Source of the DNA: Ramazzottius varieornatus
Taxonomy: Eukaryota > Animalia > Tardigrada
Assembly: GCA_001949185.1 (NCBI GenBank)
Contig: BDGG01000003.1
Coordinates: 3,827,158 to 3,891,157 of the forward strand
Reading direction: 5' to 3'
DNA: 64,000 bases
In this document: positions 24,901 through 40,711 of the stretch, piece after piece
Position numbering within the stretch: the first letter of the stretch is position 1
How the letters are laid out: every line of letters begins with the position of its first letter
Made by a program: the position numbers and the translations under genes
Notes under the pieces: generated by a model
Seen by the model: only the letters and a program-made list of their open reading frames with translations
The model's database searches: none
Told to the model about the DNA's origin: nothing

Positions 24901-27556
24901 TTTTCAATCAGTTTACCGCAAATTTGCCTCCGGAGCCAGTTGTGCAATCCAACGCAGGTGCCGGAACGCGTTGGGAGTGGAAGGCGTTCGTTATGACCTG
25001 CCGATCTCGCTCATCTTCCAGCACGTAAGTTAACAGAAACTGACCGATGGCTTTCTCGACCGCTTTCGCGTACATTTCCTCTGTCAGATTCAGCAGTGCC
25101 GCTAAAGATTAAGAATACAATGAAAAAAATTGGCTAGCACGGTGAGTTGAGCAAATTCGAATTTTTCAAGTTCACACCACAAGGTCCCATAATTCTGCCT
25201 TCGAGGGCCTTCCTCTGGACAAGGCCATCAATAACAGCACGTTGCCGCACTGCCAGGTCGCCAAGTCGGTTGACAGTGTTGCTGCTGTCACCACTATCTT
25301 TATATTTGTTGATATCGCGGTCCAGTTCTTGTATGCCGCGTTTGATCGCCTCGTAGGAATTACTGTTCAACAAAACAATATTTCACTGTTCCTGAATGAT
25401 TTTCTAATAGGCCTCGAAGCGAATTCAAGTTACTTGAAAGCCGATACCGCGGCCCTATTCTCCTCGAACTGCCGCTCAAGCTGCTTCTTCTCGGCCTCAA
25501 AGGCATTACGGTTGGTCCTTGACTCTTCTATGTCCATCCGAGTTTGCTGAATTTGATTCTCCAGCTCGATCTTGTGGTTGTCAAAGTCGCGCAGATCTTG
25601 TCTGGAAGAAAGCTCGTTGGATTACGTTACACAACCGAATGCTCGGCAAAGAAAATCAATAAGATTCTTTTCCTAAGTGGCGCACACTTCCGGTGTAACT
25701 GGCTGACAGGGTGCGTTACTTGGAGAAATACGATCCTGTCAAGTTTGTTCGCCTAATTTCCGAAAAATGATAATCGACTTACTGATTTCTCGCTTCCTCC
25801 AAATTCCTCTCGTACCCCGCCAAAGAGCGTTGCTCCGCTTTCAAAGCGTCACGCGCCGCATTGAGAGCTTGCTGGAATACCAAAAGTGTATTAAAGATAG
25901 GCACCCGGTACACCAATGTGCCGGTTTACATTTCTGCCAGATAAACCAACCTGGGCCATTATGGTCGCCTTCCTAAGCTCCGCCATTTTGGGCTTGCTAC
26001 TGTCCAAAGCTTGTTGAGATTCGGCCATTTCCGGTGTAATTTTTTCTTTCTCTTCCCTCATGCTTTGCAGACGTTCCAACAGCTTCGGTATCCTTGCCTG
26101 GAAAACCATTTATGCTTCCAACAGAATCTCTGAGGGACATAATCACGATGGACTTACTTCGTCGTGTGCAGCTTGAGCTTTGTGTTGCTGAACATCTGCT
26201 TCCGCTTGCTTCAAAGCTTCTTCAGTATCCTGAGCTTTGCGAAGCAGGATGTGGTAATCCTTCAGCCGCAGCTTTAGTTCGGCATTGGCGATGTCAGCTT
26301 CGACGCTTTCGGGGCGGATACACTGGTCTTGCTTCTTCTTCCACATGGCGATGGACTCTTCGAGCGGTCTCGCTTCCTACAAGCAGAATCCCTTTCTCAC
26401 GACCAACCTCAACGTTATTATATCATCAGAGCGAGAAAAACGTCAACTTACCTCAACTTTCTGCGCAACCACGGCACGACCCTCTTCCACCTTCTGCCGC
26501 GTAGTCGCTACCGTTTCTTCTAGGTTGTCCAGAAGAGGAGCCTTGTAGAAGAACTGCAGATGCAGAAACCCACAGTCTACCATAGAGTTTCCATCTATTG
26601 CCATTGATCGTTCTTAAGCAGACGAACCCCGTAGAGCTCTTTGCCAGTTTTGGAATTCAAGAAGCTCCGACACGTGTCTTGGTTCATCAAGAACACTGGA
26701 TTCTCAACCTATCGCAGATAAAAACGGGGTAAGCTGGTAAGTTTTCGGTTGGATGTTTAAGCTCTCCGAGAGTTTCTGTAAGCTGAGCGTCGTACCTGGA
26801 TCTGGAAGTGATCAAGAATTTCGTCCAACTCTTTTCGCTTTTTGGAGATGACCTTGCCTGATACACAGCAAACGGATATAGTTAACCGCCAGGTGAAGCC
26901 ATCTAAAGTGAGGTGGTTCAGGTCCACAAACACGAACTGGAAATACCTTTTGCGGACCGGATGATGTATGTCGCGCTCTTGTCCAGATGAAAGACTCGCT
27001 CGATTTCAATTGTATCTCCATAGGCTTCCGGCTTGAAAGGAGCTGGGTACATACCTTCATTATGCAGGTAGATTGTAACTGTAGCGGACCTGAAAATCCA
27101 ATGAGCACCTTACGTAAACGGCGTAGATAGCTAGCTAATTACTAGAACTTCCGTCTTGAAACCAACGGTCTAACGCCATCACCTGACTGACAATTTGAAA
27201 ACGGACCTTACTTTTCGCCATGTTTGATCAGATCGCTGAGCTTCCCTCCTCGACTTGTAACGTTAGCTCGGGCTCCTAATCCGGCCACGATAGCTGCTAG
27301 AATGGCGCTCTTTCCACCTGTAACGCACAATATTCTTTTTCAAGCCGTACTCGTCGATGAACACTACTAAGCAACCCTCAGCTGGTCTGCGAAGGCTTCT
27401 CGTGAAGATAGTCTTACTTCCGTTATGTCCAGTTACGAATGACACTTGAGTTCTGAAGTCGACGGCCAGCTCAGAGTGGCACATAAAGTTGATCAGCTTC
27501 ACCCGTTTGATACTTCCCGCACGAAGCTGTAGTCGAGATGGAGGTGCTGCTGGCAT
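21954..27556 (-). CDS. SMC6: Structural maintenance of chromosomes protein 6, multi-exon
   Basis: AGSIKRVKLINFMCH, Walker A GHNGSGKSAIL, HFQIQVENPVFLMNQD, long coiled coils, LSGGERSY and FRVLDEFDVFMD. Confidence 0.96.
22698..22822. repeat. 125-bp intronic palindromic element, copy 3 (SMC6 intron)
   Basis: AGGTGGTGCAA(22737)-N25-GTGCGCCACTT. Left arm TCGGCAAACAAACTC. Confidence 0.85.
24009..24141. repeat. Intronic palindromic element, copy 4 (SMC6 intron)
   Basis: AAGGGCGCGC(24048)-N34-TTGCGCCACTT, with CAGCCA repeated 9 bp apart in the spacer. Arms TCGACGAGATC and GATCTTCTCGA. Confidence 0.8.
24761..24896. repeat. Intronic palindromic element, copy 5 (SMC6 intron)
   Basis: AAGTGGTGCAC(24800)-N35-GTGCGACAATT. 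Arms TGGGGCGTCGGCAGATGACTTGGACATG and CATGTTCAATTCATTTGCCGATGTCCCCA. Confidence 0.9.
25636..25760. repeat. 125-bp intronic palindromic element, copy 6 (SMC6 intron)
   Basis: AAGTGGCGCAC(25675)-N25-GTGCGTTACTT. Left arm CTCGGCAAAG. Confidence 0.85.
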
Positions 27557-28229
27557 GCTTGCAATGAGTGTGGAAACTTCTTCGTTGCTTCAGTTCACGT
27601 CCGTCTCACTCGAAACTCCAAGGTCCCAATGCCTTGAAAGGCTGATCCAGTATACGGCTAGTCCACCGTATCAGGCAATCTGCGAAGGAAAACGAAGCCA
27701 AAGACGCAGCTTTGAGAGTCAGTAACGACGTTCACATACGGAATAAAACACTGGAGTATACACTGCTCGGTGCTTACCTCCTGTATCTTCTGGAGAACAG
27801 AATGATGCGGTAAGTATAAGACGGCAGAACGACGGAAACGGCGTGGGGACTTGAGAAGGAGATTGAAGTTTGCAACTTGGCAAGATCCACAAATGGACCA
27901 CAGTCACCACAATATCGTCTCGTTTACGACGTCACTTCGTCCGATCCTGGAGCGTTCAATCAAGAATCAATCGCTACTTCTGAATACTGCTGAGAAACGA
28001 GCGGGAACCCATCTCAGTCGATGTCTCATTCGTGAACAAAGTGGAATGAGTCAGCAATGTTTTGATTTGATTTCGTGTTCGTAAATCGTAATTAAATTTT
28101 TGTTCGTCTTTCTTATGAAGTAAATGGAGTTATCTCGATGAGATCCTGCTACTTTGAGTTTCCATTGGTCCTGGATGGGACTGGAGCGGAAATTGACACG
28201 CAGATAGCTAGAGCTCAGCATTGACACTA

Positions 28230-29845
28230 ATGTCCGGAACGCCCGGAGTGAAGAAGTCCACGAAGACGGGATGTGTCTCATGGAAATGCCTGGACAAACC
28301 ATCGGAGATTCGACCTAGAGGGAAGACTTTGGACATTGAGAAGCTGCATTCTGAGCCCGTACGGAGCATCTTGGTTCAGGTAACCCACCGTCACTTTATT
28401 CGATCGCGAGTGCAACACTGCAGCAACTTTCGTGCTTGACTCCTGTTGCCAACGCGTACAGGATCAGAATTTCGCCCTCTGTTCACTTCTAGGCAAGCGC
28501 TGTTCTGAATATTCGAGGCAAGCAGTTTCACAATCTCGTCGACGTCCATTTGTCGGATGAAGAAGTAGAGCCTGTACTCTCGAGACGTTTGAATGGACCT
28601 CCGACCTCTCTCGTCCTCAAACGAGCGTATGGAATCGAAGAAGTACGACATTGAGTTTCTTGTTCTCGTTCCGTTTCACACATATTAGAGAGGTTGATAC
28701 GGAACTCGAGCAGCGTAAGAAATCCGAGTAGCGTAAGACTTTGGCCCCTCCCATTCCTTACTCTAATCGGCTGAGGTTGAGACCCGCTACGCGATCCAGC
28801 CGATTAGCGTGACTTCTCCGGAAGGTTTTGCAAAACCTCCATTAATTTTCGTAATTAATGACTTTTTGGTAAGATGTCAAATCACACGAAGTTTCCAGTT
28901 CTGATACAGCAACGAAAAAAGTGATGTCCAGTTCCGACTGCTTAAAGCTCAAATGAATCTTGATACGAATACCAGCAGTTAAAGGCAAAGTGAAATCCAG
29001 AAAGGGACAAAAGCCACAGTTAGAGACACAGTTCTTATTGTGGCAAAAGTCACAGTTGAAGTTACAGTCTCATCGAATTTTCGAAAGCCACAGTTACACC
29101 CACAGTTAAACTGAGATTTTCGTTGTTTTCTAGGTTGACAAAGTCACAGTCAAGCGTGCAGTCGTTGCCACAGTTTGACGAATAATCAATAACCGACGTT
29201 AAACCCTGAAAGATGCTGTTAGAGGGACAGTTGGCACCTCGGTGGGACGTCTTGAAAGCAAATCTAAGGTTTTGAAAAACTTTTGGGAAGAACTACCCAC
29301 AGAAAAGCTTAATTGGAACGTTACTCGGATTTCTTACGCACTCGAGTAACGGCCCATATGCCTTACTCGGGAATTAAGCACCGAGCACATGGTTCAGTCG
29401 GTTCGGCTCCGTCCACGTGCTCCCTTTCAATTGGTTCATTCCTACGCTAATCTGATTTCTTGCTCTGCTCGAGCGCCGTATCAACCTCTGGATTATCATC
29501 GGTTACCAGTGTTTTTAAGTCAGGAGAACATACGTTGCTTATGGGCCAACTGAATTTTGAATTTTACAGGCGAGGAAAAGTGGTCAGGATGTGATGGACT
29601 TCTTTGACGATCGATGGGTGGAGTTTTGCGCTCCTTCCGAGACTACCGAATCAGTACCCCAAAAGAACAAACGACAGACCCTGAACCCTGTGATCAGAAC
29701 ATCCATGGAGGATCTGAGACGACCCTGGAAAATGTTCGTTTGTGAGGAGTCATACGATCCTCTGGATCCCGCTCGACCACCAGGGGAACGAGAAACCTGT
29801 GCCCCGTATGGTCTGGATCGCGAAAGGTATAAAGAACTAGGATAA
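28230..29845 (+). CDS. Small two-exon orphan gene (~141 aa) divergent from SMC6
   Basis: Exon 28230-28379 (MSGTPGVKK...SILVQ|GTAACC) splices in phase 0 to TTTTACAG|29570-29845 (ARKSGQDVMDFFDDRW...YKELG*). No recognisable domain. Confidence 0.55.
28688..29490. mobile_element. Non-autonomous TIR element (MITE-like, ~800 bp) with internal CACAGTT repeats
   Basis: ~50-bp TIRs: AGAGGTTGATACGGAACTCGAGCAGCGTAAGAAATC at the left and GATTTCTTGCTCTGCTCGAGCGCCGTATCAACCTCT at the right. An extra inverted subterminal copy lies at ~29320-29346. No clear TSD. Confidence 0.85.
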
Positions 29846-30532
29846 GCCTTAGAATCTTCGGCCTTGCCTCGGGTATCATCAAATCTTTTTTATTCTAATC
29901 CATCGTGGTACATGAACGCATTTGCTGATCTCGACGCGCACCCATGTATACTTTTCCAATTCTGAAAAGATTGTGCAACGTAAACGAAGCTCGGCAGACA
30001 AACTCGACACGATTGTTCTCCCAAGTGCCGCTTACTCTCGGCGTTATTTGCTGAAGGGGTGCGCCGCTGGAAAACGACCTTATGGTCTGTTTGCCGAGTT
30101 CCTAAATATCATGATTATAACAGCGATTTTTTTCCTCTACTAGACCAAAATTTTGAGTAAAAGCCACGACACGGGACGGAAGTTTCCTTTGATTCACAAT
30201 AGACTCGCGCGATCAGTGGTCATGCACTGCTGACCACCTGTCCAAAGTGTAACGATGACTTCCGTTCTCCGTAGTATACCTCGCCGCTGACTATCTCCGC
30301 TTACAATGCCAATTACTACAATTAAAAACGAACGTCATTACGGCAACGAAGCGAACTCCACATTTTCTCCACTCTTGCCCAAGCGTTTTTTCACGCCGTC
30401 AGTCTTGTGAGATGTGCACTTTCAGCGCCCGAACGCGGAAGCGTGCTAACCGCGAGCGGGAGGTTCGACAGATGGATGGATTGCGATTTGGTGGTGGCGT
30501 CTCGATTTGAGACTGATAGTCGTATAGGGAAA

Positions 30533-31545
30533 ATGGAATACTCACAACAGGTAACGAAAATGTTAATTATTTTATCTTTTTCCGCTATGTGTAATATGAT
30601 ATAAGCGTTCATTTTTGGTCGCTTACTGTACAGAGTTCTTGTTCCAGTACGGGCGGCGGTTTGTTCTTCAACTAATACTCCTCATGGTCATGATGTCAAA
30701 CTTTCTACGTCCAGTTTCAACGGAAAATCCACCGGTTTCACCAGCAAACTCCCTGATCAGCATCTCTATATTGAAGCGCTTAATATTCTTGAAATTACGA
30801 AACGACTCCCACACAAATCCAATACCTGTATTCTTTCCCGCGGATCCGACCAGTAAAAATGCGGAGAATCCCGCTGAGAACGCGGTGGAAGAAGTCACGG
30901 AGGACTCTACCGCGCTCCCTGATGGATCAGTTGAGACCTCCACACTGATATCTCTCATGAAGGAAGTGGTTCGTGCTGCACAGAGCAACGCCACAGATGC
31001 CACAAAAGCTCAAAGTCTCTTCTCGGAGGCACTTCCGCGTCTTCGAAGTTTCCTGCAGGCCAATAATGGAAGCCAAACGGACAGCATATCGCAGCTAATA
31101 AGTCAGGTTTCTCCTATCATATCGTTTCTAATAGGGAAGACGAACACAACGAGCAACAGTACTCTTGGAAGCGGACTATCAGATTTCTCCAATCGAACAG
31201 CACGTGGATGGGGAGGAGGCTGTGGAGGAGGATGTGAGTCTGGTAAACTAACACTCACGAAAAGAACGATTTCTCACTATGGCTTTTGAAATTATAGGTG
31301 GATGCGGAGGAGGATATATGGTAAGAGAGAGTCTTTGTCAGTGTCAGTGAGCATTTCCTTGTCCAGAGGTCTTCGCACCGTAGTGTACGATGACATGTCC
31401 GCCTGTTTTCAGATTCCGATCCCAGTGAATAATAACCAAGGTTTGATGTTGTTTGTTTTTGATGCAGTATTGAACGATCAAAACCATGAAATTCTTCATG
31501 ACAACTAATCTTTCACAGATAACACTCTTCAGACATTACTACCGG
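30533..31545 (+). CDS. Putative secreted lineage-specific protein with Gly/Cys (GGGC) repeats; 3' end uncertain
   Basis: MEYSQQ|YGRRFVLQLILLMVMMSNFLRPVST is signal-like, followed by a long open S/T/N-rich exon, GWGGGCGGGCESG|GCGGGYM and short downstream GT-AG exons. Confidence 0.55.
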
Positions 31546-32562
31546 TAAGGCCGCAAATCTATTCCACAGAAAAGTACTTGACGTTACGCTAACCGTAATT
31601 TTTCGCATTTGCTTTTTCATATGAATTATACTTTCTAGCTGCTGTTCGGACTTATAGCCCTTTTGATCATGAGTAAGTGCAGTACGACATCGAGATTTCC
31701 GAGTAATGGCTTTTTGGACCCTCGAAAACTGTGAAACGAGCGTTTTTATTTCAGAACTTCCAACATGAAGCTCCTGGGAAGCGGTTATAGGACGTTCGAT
31801 AGCGAGCACCGGTTGTTCCGAAAGAGGCATTTGCCGCGAAGCGCATTATTTTCTTTGCCAAAGACAATTATTAGCAATTTATTCACTCGATTCCTTAGAA
31901 GACCCAAAGTACGCACCACTGGCGAACCCCGCAAACGATTGCTTGTTACAGCCTGTATCGCAAGACTTGTTTTTGAGCAGTAACTCTGTTTTGTTACATG
32001 TATTTTGTTGCACGTTGTTTGGCACAGATTGGAAACAATGTGCACACGAAGCGAGCAGTTTATGGAGGACCAGGCTACGGAGATCGTGAAGAACTGGTAA
32101 TAACTTCTCGCTGGTAAGTGGGAAGTTACTGCTTGTGTTGCGCCATCTGGCGGGAGCGTCTACCCGCCTTACCCAATCAAACGTTTGATGGTTGATTGTC
32201 GCAGATGGAGATTGAACGGCTGAACCTATCACTCTGGCTGAACGCAGAACGCATTTTAGAATTTTAGAGTTGCAGTGATCTTTCCTCTTTCGTGTTGTTC
32301 CATTCCTCAGCGTTTCGATCCCCATTCCCGAAGTTATGAAAGTGTGACGTCAACTGTAGGATCTTGGTAGTGTGTGGGAGGACGATTTTGAGGAACAGCT
32401 GTATGATAGGAAAGTCTCTCGACAGATCTTTTCGCTGCGATTAGCAAAGTTCTCTGTTCCAGACCTCTTCGCCGCTCTCCTTACGGTTGCATCTCTATTC
32501 GGACTTCTCTATAATCCCCCAGCTGGTTCTTACCCTTCTATCTGCAACCCGCCCTTTGAAGA

Positions 32563-34329
32563 ATGCCACCACCGATTAGCGCATCAATGTTCACGGCTGG
32601 CGCCGTTCCCGTCACAAACGAGAAGGGAGAAACAACGATGCAGAAAGTCAAAGTTACTCGCTATGTTTCTGGCAAAAGGTACAATGAACAAGGTTTCCGA
32701 TCCGATATCAGGATCATTAAGAATTGAAGCGTCAGAAATCCAGAGCTGGACACCATGTGCCTCCTCGCTTTTTTGATAGGAAATCCATCGTTGATATCTT
32801 CTAACGATGTATTGCTTACAGGCCCGCGTTCGCACCTTCCGATGACGAATACACAGACGAAGATGAATTCATTGTTGAAGGAGAACGACCAAGAAGGCAT
32901 CGTGATGATGAAGATCATACTGGCGAAGATGACCAGAGCACGGCTAATGAACATTTGGATCCACGACTGCAGAGGCTTCGTGGACAGGCTGATTCGGACG
33001 AAGAGACGGATCGTTCGCAGCGCTACCGTCGTGTGATTACTGAACCGGAAATCCTCCCTCCGGTTTCATCGAACGCTTTAGATGGCTTCAACATGCAGAA
33101 GTTCCGTATCAACGCAGAAGATGACTCTGACGATGACGATGAGGTAATTTACAAGAAACACAAGCGCATTTACGGGGCAGCGATGGTGAATCGGCCACCC
33201 CTGAATTTTGTCGAATGTAGCTGCACAGGCTTCCCTGTTTTAATAGTTATGCGGACAATCAGACCTTTTTTTGCAGAAAATAGCCCAAAGGAGAGCGCTT
33301 ATAAGAGAGAAAGCACTACAACGTCAGGTTGAGGAAGAGGTTGCAGTAAAAGCCGAGGAGGAAGAGACTGACGAGGACGATTCAGAATACGAAGATGGCA
33401 GTGGCTCCGAAGATGAAGCGAATCCTCGACTGAAGCCTGTATTCGTCAGAAGGTATGTTGCATAATCTGTCGCTTTAGCTTTATGTATGGATACTGATTT
33501 GCCTGTTTTGTTGGTGTAGACAGGATAGAGTTACGTTGAAAGAACGGGAAGAAGAAGAGAAGAAACAGATTCTTCGAGAAAGAGCAGAGAAGCGACGTGC
33601 CGAGGAAAGGAAGGTCGAAGCACGTCGTATCGTGGAGCAGGAAGTCAAGCGAGAAATGGAGGAGAAACTGAGGGAGAAAAATAACGACTTGGATGACACA
33701 TTCGCCATTCCTGTGGTGATCGACAACGAGGATCCGGAAGCCGAATACGAAGCCTGGAAAGTCCGAGAACTGACTCGCATAAAACGAGACCGCGACGAGC
33801 GCGACACGTAAGTTTCGAGATCGAAATATACGCAGCACTATCATATGATGTGATCAGTTGGGAAAGGTACTTTATCTAAATTTGGTATCGATTTTGTAGG
33901 CACCTGAAGGAACAAGCGGAAGTCGAGCGTCTGCGCAACCTCACCGAAGAAGAGCGACTTCGCGAACTGGCCAACAAGCCCAAAGTTGTAACGAACCAGA
34001 CCAAGAAAGGAAAAATGAAGTTTCTTCAGAAATACTACCATCGCGGTGTGTTTTACTTGGACCAAGAGAAAGAGGTCTACACCCGGGACTACACTGCTCC
34101 AACATTGGAAGATCATCACGACAAGGCTGTTCTTCCCAAAGTCATGCAAGTCAAGAACTTCGGTCGAGCAGGTCGAACGAAGTACACTCATTTGGTGGAT
34201 CAAGACACTACCAAGTTTGATTCGGTTTGGACAGAACAAAATACTTTGAATGTCAAGTATTACGCTGGCAAAGCCGGTGGAACTAAACAAGTATTTGAGA
34301 GACCATCTGCTAAACGGCGCAAGACATGA
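32563..34329 (+). CDS. MFAP1: Microfibrillar-associated protein 1 (spliceosomal B-complex factor)
   Basis: TAGAVPVTNEKGETTMQKVKVTRYVSGKRP, PRLKPVFVRR, EYEAWKVRELTRIKRDR, KFLQKYYHRG and NFGRAGRTKYTHLVDQDTT. Confidence 0.97.
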
Positions 34330-34423
34330 AGGTATAATTTTTCTGTTTGAACTGTTTCCGTTCTCTTCGAATGACCTGTACAAACTCTTATCATGTTTTT
34401 AATCGTGAAAAAAGTACGCCATG

Positions 34424-35914
34424 TTAGTCTCTCCAGCCGACCTCAACTTCGTCAGTTCTGAACCTAAAAACAAAGCCAGCTTGTGGTACCGAGTTTGGGA
34501 CGTACCAAATCAAGAGTGATGAAATGCGCGATATGGTACCTTTGGGTTACGAACGTGTCTTCGAGTCTCGTCGACGAACCACTGACGAACTCGCACAGTC
34601 CGGCCTGAGCTATCATGGCTCCATTGTCGATGCAGTACCGGTCATCGGTGGCATGGAGTATGGCACCACGTTCTGCAGCCATCTCAGCTAGCATTTCCTG
34701 CAGTCGGATGTTGCAGCCTACTCCGCCGACGACCATCACTTCATTTGATCCACAATGCGCCATTGCTCTTTCTAGGAAATGACCAATAGAACGCAAACGC
34801 TTTTCTTCTCAATTGCCCTCTGGCTTCCTACCTGTAATTTCCACCAGCATAGCGAATACTGTTTCTTGCAGGGAGAAGCACAAGTCTTCGGGGGTATACT
34901 GCCCGCTGGAAAGCATTCCTTCCGCTTTGTCTTCTATGTAGCTCAAGATCCCGGAGAACGCCACATCCATACCTTTTACCGAATAAGGAATTGGCAGGAA
35001 CTTCTTCCCTCTCTTGGCTAGTTGTTCTATGTTGTATCCGGGACTTGGGTCGTTAGACAGCTTCAGTACTCTAGCGAAGCGGTCGAGGCAGTTACCAACC
35101 GCGATATCTATGGTCTCTCCGAAGATACGGTACCGTTTTTGTGAGTACGCTATAACCTACAGATGCCACCGTAAGTTACTCTATCGTTTACTCTGTCTGA
35201 TGCGTGGTGTAAGCAATGAAACCTGGAACCGGAAGTGAGCCTCACTTGAGTGTTTCCGCCACTGACATACAAAACGGTAGGGTTCTCCGCTCCTGTAACG
35301 GCTCGCCCCATTTCGATATCTGCGAGAATATCAGCAGATTATCAGAAAGTTTCGTACCAGCCAACTTGGCTCCGCTAAAACCGCTATACGATGAGCAACT
35401 CACAGTAGGTCAGAGATACGTACGCCCAATGCAGTGGTTTACTCCTATGATCGGTTTATTCCAGAGCTGAGATAATGTCCTGGCGACTACGGCAACTGAC
35501 ATCAACGGAGGCGCCATTCCGGGTCCTGAAAGCAAAGACGAAACCAATGTATATTTCTCCCATAACATCAAGACGCTCATCGCTGACCAGTGGCGAACTC
35601 ACACCTTTCGTGTAGCAGATAACGTCAACATCGCTGCTGGAGATGGCAGCGCTTTGCAAAGCCTCTTTCACCAAATTTAGCACGTGCTTCTGATGATGTT
35701 GCGCCGTTTCATTGGGCAGAAAGCCTGAAACAGACCGGTAGTACCGAAGTTGGTAATTGATGTATTCAGCTACAGATCACACATCGGATATATACAGACC
35801 TGTGCCAGGTGGAGTAATGAAAGTTTTCCGGGGATTCGATAAGACTTCTCCGTCTCTTATGACACCAATACCAATCTTGTTCGCAGAACCCTCCATGCCC
35901 AACGCGATGACCAT
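34424..35914 (-). CDS. OSGEP: tRNA N6-adenosine threonylcarbamoyltransferase (Kae1, KEOPS subunit)
   Basis: [80 protein letters not shown] and QRFRTDEV. Confidence 0.97.
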
Positions 35915-37698
35915 GATGATCTTGCTGAGGTAGAAACTCACGGGAAAGACGAGCAGAGCGGAACTCTAGTACTGGACTGGACTGACAGGGAGGAAGAGTC
36001 GGACTTCGGACTTCCGGTCTGAAGGTTGTGAACAAGAACAACTTTGCGATAAACGGTATTGAAAACAAATCGAGTAACCCACGGTGATTTTTTCAGTCGA
36101 AACCCGCTTTGGCGGCTCCGTATCCTTAAATGTCTAATGCTAGGGGGCGCGAAATACCGGAACCGAAGGCCGACACGCCCTATAGAAATCTTTCGGAGAC
36201 GCTGGATGCGGAAGTTTTGGTTATCCCATCGCAGCCTTCTGCTCTCTTCCAGTGATCAAGAGCACTGCCAAAACCATTGTCCCGTGTATTAGGATGAGCA
36301 ATATGCAGTTTCACTCGTCTTGAAGAACTCGCACGAGCGTGAAATGGAGGTCAAGTCAAAGACCTCTATGTGTGTCAAGACCGAGAGAAAACTTGCACAA
36401 AAGAATTACTGTCGTTAGTATCACGTTGTCCTGTTTAGTCACGAAAACAAAAGTGTTTTTCTGCAGACCGGAGCGTGTTCCGAGAGTTCCGGTAATTGGC
36501 ACGGTAGCTGTAAGCAACCGAAGTTTTATAGTCGTCCCCTATCTGAATCTTAAATCTATGGTTCTGTCGAGAACCCAACAACCGAGAACTACAGTGATTG
36601 CCTCTTTTAACAATATTACAGATTTCCTTCCGAAACATTCACACAGTGTGAGCTGCTTTAGTATAAGGCCAGTTAGGCTCCCGGAGGAATTTTAGCCCCA
36701 CTTCCGCTCGAGTTCAGATTTTGATTTGACAGCACTGGGCTGAACTCCTTGCGACGAATCGCGCATTCCAGGTTCTCTGACACTGATGGACCAACGATCA
36801 GAGAACGCTACACGCCCGGATAAGCCGGGTTCTAGGGAAGAGTCGCGAGTACTTGGATTGAGAATCCAGGGTGATGGGGTGGAGTCTGAAACCGCGTAAT
36901 GTGAGGGCGTCATAAAAAGCGATTTGTACGAGATCTAAAAAGTGAACTTTTGGCCCGAGACTTCTTGGATGGTTACTTTAGCTCTTCACGATCGTGAAGC
37001 TGACAGGTACTGATGATGCGAACTGCGCAGAGCAAGGCCAAGTTCATTTGGCCCGCGGTTGTGATCTTTGCTTATAATTAGGAGTGTAACCCAGCTGCCG
37101 GAACTTCTACCGTTAACTACCTATAATCGCATGAACGGTCCAAGCACATACACACCACACTTACAGACATGAGACACCTTCGCTCGCATCACTGCCGATT
37201 TTATTCATTTCTTTACCTGCGCGAATATTATGCCATCAATAAGATGAGGCGCGACTCGAGCATGACCAGTTGACCACTGGTACTTCGATAGCGAGGTGTA
37301 GGATATCGAGAGATCACTTTGCACTTTTAGCTCGCTTGCTTGAAGGCAAGCGAAAGAGAAGAACCGCCATCGTAATGATGGATGGCCGATAGGTAAGTTG
37401 GCAGATCCTGTCTTGTTTAAAGAGTACGACCTTCTTAAGGTTCACAACTTTCGATGACATAATCTTGGCAAGGGCGCACTCGCCCTCTTATCTTGATGTC
37501 TTCCATTGTCTTTAGACGCCACTTCATTATGGACTGAGTCAAAGGGAAACGCGGATTTCGCTGCTTTCGTTATAGCTCTAGTTCTTTTTCATCCAACTGA
37601 TTCCACATACGCCCTGCTGAGTTCGCAAAGGAGGATTATTTATTTTCCGAAGACGCCGCTGGTCGGCCGGATGTTGCGGACAAGACCCGATAACCGAA

Positions 37699-40252
<2,554 letters not shown>

Positions 40253-40711
40253 AAACCTCTCGTTTGGATGATGGTTGAGAAAGATATTGGACTATTGCAT
40301 AGTTTGTTTTGTTCGTTGTTTTCTTGGCCCTCCCTGCTAGTCTCGTCACTTCGTTCGGTGTTTCTTCCCCCCAATTACTGTTATTTATTAATCCAATATG
40401 CAGACAGGTTGAAAGTTTTGTTTTTCTCTTCTTGTAACAGCCGCTGGTCGGCAGTTTGTTGCAAGAGTATTAGATGGATACACCTTTCTGACAGTTTTCC
40501 GATCTCTATCTTTGAAGATTTTTGGTTCCTTGGTCAAACTAATCATAAGTTAAAAACGTTTACACAATAAAATCTTAAAATGATAATGAAAAGATGCTGT
40601 GAGCTATACTTCTTCAGCATCGGTAAAGGTTCGTTGCGTCCTCAACTATGACCTCCAGTTCGAGGTACTCCACGGAAAGGCACATGGAGAATTCGCTCTG
40701 AGTCTAGTAGC

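Noticed and set aside
26709-26795. Apparent non-GT donor in SMC6 after an intronic 'LNIQ' look-alike
   Set aside because: The true exon ends HFQIQ|GTACGA, giving a canonical GT-AG intron that joins to VENP.
29010-29235. Repeat-spacer look of the CACAGTT units (CRISPR-like or RSS-heptamer-like)
   Set aside because: Eukaryotic context, repeats too short and irregular, no cas genes, no nonamers. Explained as TE-internal motifs.
37470-37524. Possible 11th palindrome copy (AAGGGCGCAC-N34-AGACGCCACTT) upstream of PRDM1, with weaker candidates at ~349-394, ~9864-9910 and ~53850-53960, and half-sites at ~21333 and ~55682
   Set aside because: Outer arms are not convincingly complementary, so these are too degenerate to count without a profile search.
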